Assembly (NCBI GenBank): GCA_964404795.1
Contig: CAYOLI010000002.1
Location: 7,766-71,765 of the forward strand
Direction of reading: 5' to 3'
Length of the DNA stretch: 64,000 nt
DNA from: an uncultured Candidatus Saccharibacteria bacterium
GTDB taxonomy: Bacteria; Patescibacteriota; Saccharimonadia; Saccharimonadales; 2-12-FULL-41-12
Positions 59,981 through 64,000 of this stretch are shown here, piece by piece (within the stretch, counting starts at the first letter, position 1; each line of letters begins with the position of its first letter). The notes beneath the pieces were generated by a model. The model did no database searches, had not been told where the DNA came from, and worked only from the letters and a program-made list of their open reading frames with translations. A program made the translations under genes and the position numbers.

Positions 59981-61498
59981 ATGGCAAAAATAATGCTGGT
60001 TGAAGACGACAATAATCTTCGCGAAATATATGGTGCTCGCCTACAAGCAGAAGGGCACGATATTGTATCGGCACGAGATGGAGAAGAAGCTCTAGCCCTT
60101 GCTGTCAAGGAAAAGCCAGAATTGATAATCTCTGACGTTATGATGCCACGAATTAGTGGTTTTGATATGCTAGATATTCTACGCAATGCACCCGAAACAA
60201 AAAATACGAAAGTAATTATGATGACAGCCCTTTCTCAGGTAGAAGATCGAGCAAGAGCCGACAAATTGGGAGCAGACAAGTATTTGGTCAAATCGCAAGC
60301 AACACTCGAAGACGTGGTGAATGCTGTTAACAGCGTACTAAATAAAAGCGATGACCCTGCTGGAAATAACAAAAACCCCGACCCTAACAAACCCTCTGAT
60401 GCACCTGTGACATCTGAGGAATTACCTACAATCGAGCCAGCCATCAAGCCAGAAGAAAATCCAGAAATATCCCAAAATGAGCACGCCAACGTTCCCGTTA
60501 ACGGACAGCCCGTAGGCGCTACACCGCTCGAAGAAGAAAGCGACACTGTAGATACTACACCAAGTGCTGATGCACAATCTACCTCATCATCAGCAGAACC
60601 AGAGCCACAAACAAGCACAAACCCAATGTCTGAAGCCGAAAGCACTAACACACAATCAGGCGTAGCGCCAACTGAAACTCCTGTAAATGTCGATGATACT
60701 GTTAACTCGGTTGATGCCCAGCAACAATCAGTCAAAAATGAGGCGCCCTCCACAAAAATTGATATTAATGGCGTAAGCGAACAACCTCTAGAATCGACCG
60801 ACAACAACCCTACTGTACCAACTGAAACCAGTCCTACTGCTCCACCAGTAGTAATGCCAACACCTCCTGATGAAGTAGAAAAAAACCCTATGGCAGAGAT
60901 GCCAGAGAACTTGCCTCCGACTAGTGCACCCCAAGAGGAAGAAGTAATAGGTCCAAATTTGGCAGAGGCGCTGGCAAGCGAAGAAAATACCACACAGAAT
61001 GTGGAGAACGAGGATAAAATACCTACGCAACCAGTAGCTTCGCAGCAAATTCCAGTCAATGTACCACCATCCGAACCAGAGATAGTAACAGGTGGGCCAG
61101 TGCAGCCCACAGCACCAAGCCCAAACGACAATGAGACAGTTGACGCAACCTCGCCTCAAAGTGAAGAATTAAACCAGCCCGCCGATCACGAGCAAAAAGA
61201 TCAAACCAATACCGAGAGTACTGAAGCAACTAACCCAACAACAAACGACTCGCATGATAAAACCGACGTACTAGACGATGGGTATGGTAAGAAAAAAGTC
61301 ATCGAACCCCTAAACGATATTACGAAAGGTCCAGATTTGGACGCATTGTTGGCGGCCGAAGAAAAAATGGCTCCAATACCTACACCACCAGCAAACACCA
61401 CTGTTGTGCCAGCAACACCTTCCACCGCTGCCGAAAGTAGCACCCCTCCACCAACAGAAACCACGCAGAGCGACCCACACAGTGATATTGCTCTTTAA
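59981..61498 (+). CDS. response regulator receiver domain with a ~380-aa acidic Pro/Thr/Glu/Ser-rich low-complexity tail
   Basis: MAKIMLVEDD...ELIISDVMMP...KSQ is the receiver (~120 aa). The remainder is compositionally biased, with no recognisable output domain. Confidence 0.8.
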   Translation: MAKIMLVEDDNNLREIYGARLQAEGHDIVSARDGEEALALAVKEKPELIISDVMMPRISGFDMLDILRNAPETKNTKVIMMTALSQVEDRARADKLGADKYLVKSQATLEDVVNAVNSVLNKSDDPAGNNKNPDPNKPSDAPVTSEELPTIEPAIKPEENPEISQNEHANVPVNGQPVGATPLEEESDTVDTTPSADAQSTSSSAEPEPQTSTNPMSEAESTNTQSGVAPTETPVNVDDTVNSVDAQQQSVKNEAPSTKIDINGVSEQPLESTDNNPTVPTETSPTAPPVVMPTPPDEVEKNPMAEMPENLPPTSAPQEEEVIGPNLAEALASEENTTQNVENEDKIPTQPVASQQIPVNVPPSEPEIVTGGPVQPTAPSPNDNETVDATSPQSEELNQPADHEQKDQTNTESTEATNPTTNDSHDKTDVLDDGYGKKKVIEPLNDITKGPDLDALLAAEEKMAPIPTPPANTTVVPATPSTAAESSTPPPTETTQSDPHSDIAL

Positions 61499-62154
61499 TG
61501 AGAATCAATAAATTTATTGCACTAAACACTAAGCTATCTCGACGTAAAGCAGACCAAGCAGTCAAAGACGGGCGTGTAGTTGTTGACGGTAAAATCCCTG
61601 CGCTTAATTACGAAGTCCAACAATCTGACAAAGTTATCTTTGACGGCCAAGCGATAAATAAACAATCTTCGCATACAACACTCATTTTTCATAAGCCAGT
61701 AGGTGTTGTTTGTAGCCACCAGGGGCAGGGGAACAAAACAATCTACGATTTACTGCCTACTAACCTAAAGCACCTAAATACAGTCGGTAGATTGGATAAA
61801 AATTCGTCTGGAATTATTTTGTTATCTAACGACGGAAAGTTAACGCAACAACTATCTCATCCCTCTTTTGGAAAATCAAAAACATACGAGGTGCTACTGG
61901 ATACCCCTCTGTCAAAACAACACCTTGAGCTTATATCTGAAACTGGTGTAAAGCTCAATGACGGCATCAGCAGATTTGAAATAAAGCGGCAAAAAAACCA
62001 CCTCGTTGTTTCGATGGTAGAAGGTAGAAACCGCCAAATCCGTAGAACATTCGAAGTACTAGGATACAAGGTTATCGGACTACATAGAATCAGTTTTGGT
62101 AAATATAATCTAAACAACTTGAAGCCAGGGGAATTTTTAAAACTCTCACAGTAA
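61498..62154 (+). CDS. pseudouridine synthase, RsuA/RluB family (S4 domain + catalytic domain)
   Basis: S4: MRINKFIALNTKLSRRKADQAVKDGRVVVDG. Catalytic motif GRLDKNSSGIILLSNDG. Confidence 0.85.
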   Translation: MRINKFIALNTKLSRRKADQAVKDGRVVVDGKIPALNYEVQQSDKVIFDGQAINKQSSHTTLIFHKPVGVVCSHQGQGNKTIYDLLPTNLKHLNTVGRLDKNSSGIILLSNDGKLTQQLSHPSFGKSKTYEVLLDTPLSKQHLELISETGVKLNDGISRFEIKRQKNHLVVSMVEGRNRQIRRTFEVLGYKVIGLHRISFGKYNLNNLKPGEFLKLSQ

Positions 62155-62178
62155 GTAGCCGTTGTATAATACAAATAG

Positions 62179-63552
62179 ATGAGTAAGAAAAAATTACCGA
62201 TTGTAGCAATTATCGGTCGAGCCAACGTTGGTAAATCCTCACTTTTTAATGCAATTTTGCATCGACGAGAAACAATTGTTGCAAACGAACCAGGTGTAAC
62301 TCGCGATAGCATTATGGCTAAAGCGACTATTGTTTCTGATAATAAAAATCAGGATTTTTGGATTGTCGATACAGCCGGAATGAAGGACCCTGAAGATGAT
62401 TTTGAATTTACAATTCAGGAACAAATTACACAAGCTGCCGACAGCGCTGACATCATTATAGTGATGACCGAAGCAGGAGCAATCGTTAGCGATGAGGATA
62501 GAAAAATTGCAAAAACCGCTCTTAGAACGAAAAAACCCATTATTTTAGTTGCGAATAAGCTCGACAAATATCGCAGAAAAGACCTGTCTCATTTGCAAAA
62601 ATTTGGTATTAGTAACATCTTTGCAACCAGTGTAACCCAGTCCCGCGGCATAGACGACTTGTTAACTTGTTTGTCTAATATTATGCCCAAAGTTGTACTC
62701 ACCGAGGATGATAACCGACTACGAATCGCACTACTCGGTAGACCAAATGTTGGCAAATCCTCCTTATTCAATACATTAGCGAAAAAGCAACAAGCAATTG
62801 TATCTGCTCGAGCAGGCACCACTAGAGATATCAATCGAGTTATAATTCGCTATAAGAATCGTGAGATAGAATTGCTCGATACTGCTGGAATTCGTAGAAG
62901 CGGAAAAATAGAAGTAGGGATAGAAAAATTTAGTGTCATTCGCTCTCTGTCTGCAATCGAGCAAGCTGATATTTGCCTACTACTGATTGATGTCAACGAA
63001 CCTCACGCTCAGCTTGACCAAAAAATTGCTGGAATAATAAAAGAAGCAGGAAAGGGTTTAGTCCTTGTCGTTAGCAAGTGGGATAGTATTGATAAAAGTC
63101 CATTTACACGAGACCAAATGGCTCCAAAAGTAGCTGCTGACTTTGATTTTGTACCCTGGGCACCTCTGGTATTTACCAGTTCTGTTTCCGGGCAAAATGT
63201 TACAAAGTTATTTGATATAGCTCTTGAAATCGAAAAAAATCGTCAAACAAGAATTAAAACCTCCGAACTCAACAAGTGGCTGATAAGCACAATCAACAAA
63301 CACCCACCAGTAGGATTAAAGAATAAAACCCCTAAGCTACACTACATTACCCAGGAGAGCGATAATCCTACACCAAACTTCAAGGTTTTCGGATCACAAA
63401 CTCGTTTCTTGCACTGGAGCTACAAAAGATTTATGGAACGCTCTTTAAGACAACAGTATAATTTCGAAGGCACCCCCTTGTTTTTTTGGTTTTTTGATAA
63501 AAACGTACACTATAATCTGGAAAAAAGAGCGCCCAGAAAGGGAAAAAATTAA
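62179..63552 (+). CDS. der: ribosome-associated GTPase Der (EngA)
   Basis: Two tandem G domains (GRANVGKSSLFN...DTAG; GRPNVGKSSLFN...DTAG) plus a KH-like C-terminus. Confidence 0.9.
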   Translation: MSKKKLPIVAIIGRANVGKSSLFNAILHRRETIVANEPGVTRDSIMAKATIVSDNKNQDFWIVDTAGMKDPEDDFEFTIQEQITQAADSADIIIVMTEAGAIVSDEDRKIAKTALRTKKPIILVANKLDKYRRKDLSHLQKFGISNIFATSVTQSRGIDDLLTCLSNIMPKVVLTEDDNRLRIALLGRPNVGKSSLFNTLAKKQQAIVSARAGTTRDINRVIIRYKNREIELLDTAGIRRSGKIEVGIEKFSVIRSLSAIEQADICLLLIDVNEPHAQLDQKIAGIIKEAGKGLVLVVSKWDSIDKSPFTRDQMAPKVAADFDFVPWAPLVFTSSVSGQNVTKLFDIALEIEKNRQTRIKTSELNKWLISTINKHPPVGLKNKTPKLHYITQESDNPTPNFKVFGSQTRFLHWSYKRFMERSLRQQYNFEGTPLFFWFFDKNVHYNLEKRAPRKGKN

Positions 63553-64000
63553 TGGGTATGTTCGAAAGACAACCTGTTAATAACGTAGTTCCCCTGTACA
63601 CAATTGGCGGGCAAGAAACATTTTTAATAATTGGTCTTGGGAACATCGGCGAAAAATACAAAAAGACAAGACATAACCTAGGTTTTACCTGCCTAGACCA
63701 TTTTGCGGAAAAAATGTCTTTTCCTGGCTGGATAGAAAAGAAAACACTAAACTGCCTCGAAGCAATTACAACTATTGACGGTAGTCGAGTGATATTAGCA
63801 AAACCCACAACGATGATGAATGAAAGCGGAATTGCACTTCAAAAATTACAAAACTTTTATAAAATTGAAAATCATCACACACTGATAGTTCACGATGATT
63901 TAGACGTAATTTTGGGGAAAATCAGAATAAGACAGGGTGGTAGTGATGCTGGGAATAATGGTATAAAATCTATTATTCAATATGGGGGAGAAAATACCTG
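63552..64000 (+). CDS. pth: peptidyl-tRNA hydrolase, N-terminal part (3' end lies outside the window; absent from the ORF track)
   Basis: The ATG overlaps the der stop (TAATG). My translation gives LIIGLGNIGEKYKKTRHNLGF...AKPTTMMNESG...VHDDLD...GGSDAGNNGIKSI, and the frame is open to the window end. Confidence 0.85.
   Translation, partial: MGMFERQPVNNVVPLYTIGGQETFLIIGLGNIGEKYKKTRHNLGFTCLDHFAEKMSFPGWIEKKTLNCLEAITTIDGSRVILAKPTTMMNESGIALQKLQNFYKIENHHTLIVHDDLDVILGKIRIRQGGSDAGNNGIKSIIQYGGENT

Noticed and set aside
60235-61464. Long minus-strand ORFs (60235-61131, 60788-61159, 61201-61464) antisense to the response-regulator tail.
   Set aside because: They lie entirely within the low-complexity Pro/Thr/Glu-coding region. 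Their translations are Gly/Ser/Val-rich mirror images with no start context. This is the typical artefact of compositionally biased DNA.
1-64000. Looked for CRISPR arrays, rRNA genes, transposases and integrases.
   Set aside because: I saw no regularly spaced short repeats, no rRNA-like conserved blocks, and no transposase or integrase-like ORFs on either strand. The only non-genic repeats are the tRNA-Glu duplication and the intragenic repeats listed above.

Overview
This 64 kb window is gene-dense and AT-rich, with about 70 genes. The gene content suggests a monoderm, reduced-genome bacterium, possibly Patescibacteria/Saccharibacteria. That placement rests on two sortases, a LysM-CHAP hydrolase, a type IV pilin-like gene, a PEGA protein, a DUF3048 protein and many short operons; it is an inference, not a demonstrated result. 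All family calls come from motifs read by eye in the supplied translations, since no database search was possible.

Housekeeping genes: lysS (3' end), pyrH, xth, gltX, rlmH, a pseudouridine synthase, der, pth (5' end, running off the window), and tRNA-Ser(GGA), tRNA-Leu(CAA) and tRNA-Glu(CUC).

Metabolic blocks:
- An oxidative pentose-phosphate operon (pgl-gnd-zwf).
- A molybdenum-cofactor block (moaD, moaE, moeB-rhodanese, mobA, moeA). It is co-oriented with a NarK-like MFS transporter, a PPC-domain protein, an FMN reductase and a fused cytochrome-b/sulfite-oxidase-family Mo enzyme.

Regulation: four histidine kinase/response regulator pairs, a Crp/Fnr regulator, an ArsR regulator and a Ser/Thr kinase.

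Most interesting locus (about 42.0-45.0 kb), directly after tRNA-Ser:
- A complete LexA-like protein (wHTH plus S24 fold) with both catalytic residues substituted is fused in frame to a beta-class SPPY DNA methyltransferase.
- It is driven by a strong promoter, apparently leaderless, that is overlapped by tandem 9-bp repeats.
- It converges on an unrecognised ORF with DHH-phosphoesterase-like motifs that is split by a frameshift in a C5 run.
- It is preceded by a small 4-Cys zinc-ribbon protein.

Other notable items:
- A roughly 1400-aa tail-fibre-like surface protein split at an A5 run.
- A frameshifted repeat protein with a non-canonical sorting signal next to a sortase.
- A tandem partial duplication of the tRNA-Glu promoter plus 5' two-thirds of the gene.
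- A TGTA-N8-TACA palindrome beside the Crp-family gene.
- Several unannotated small ORFs.
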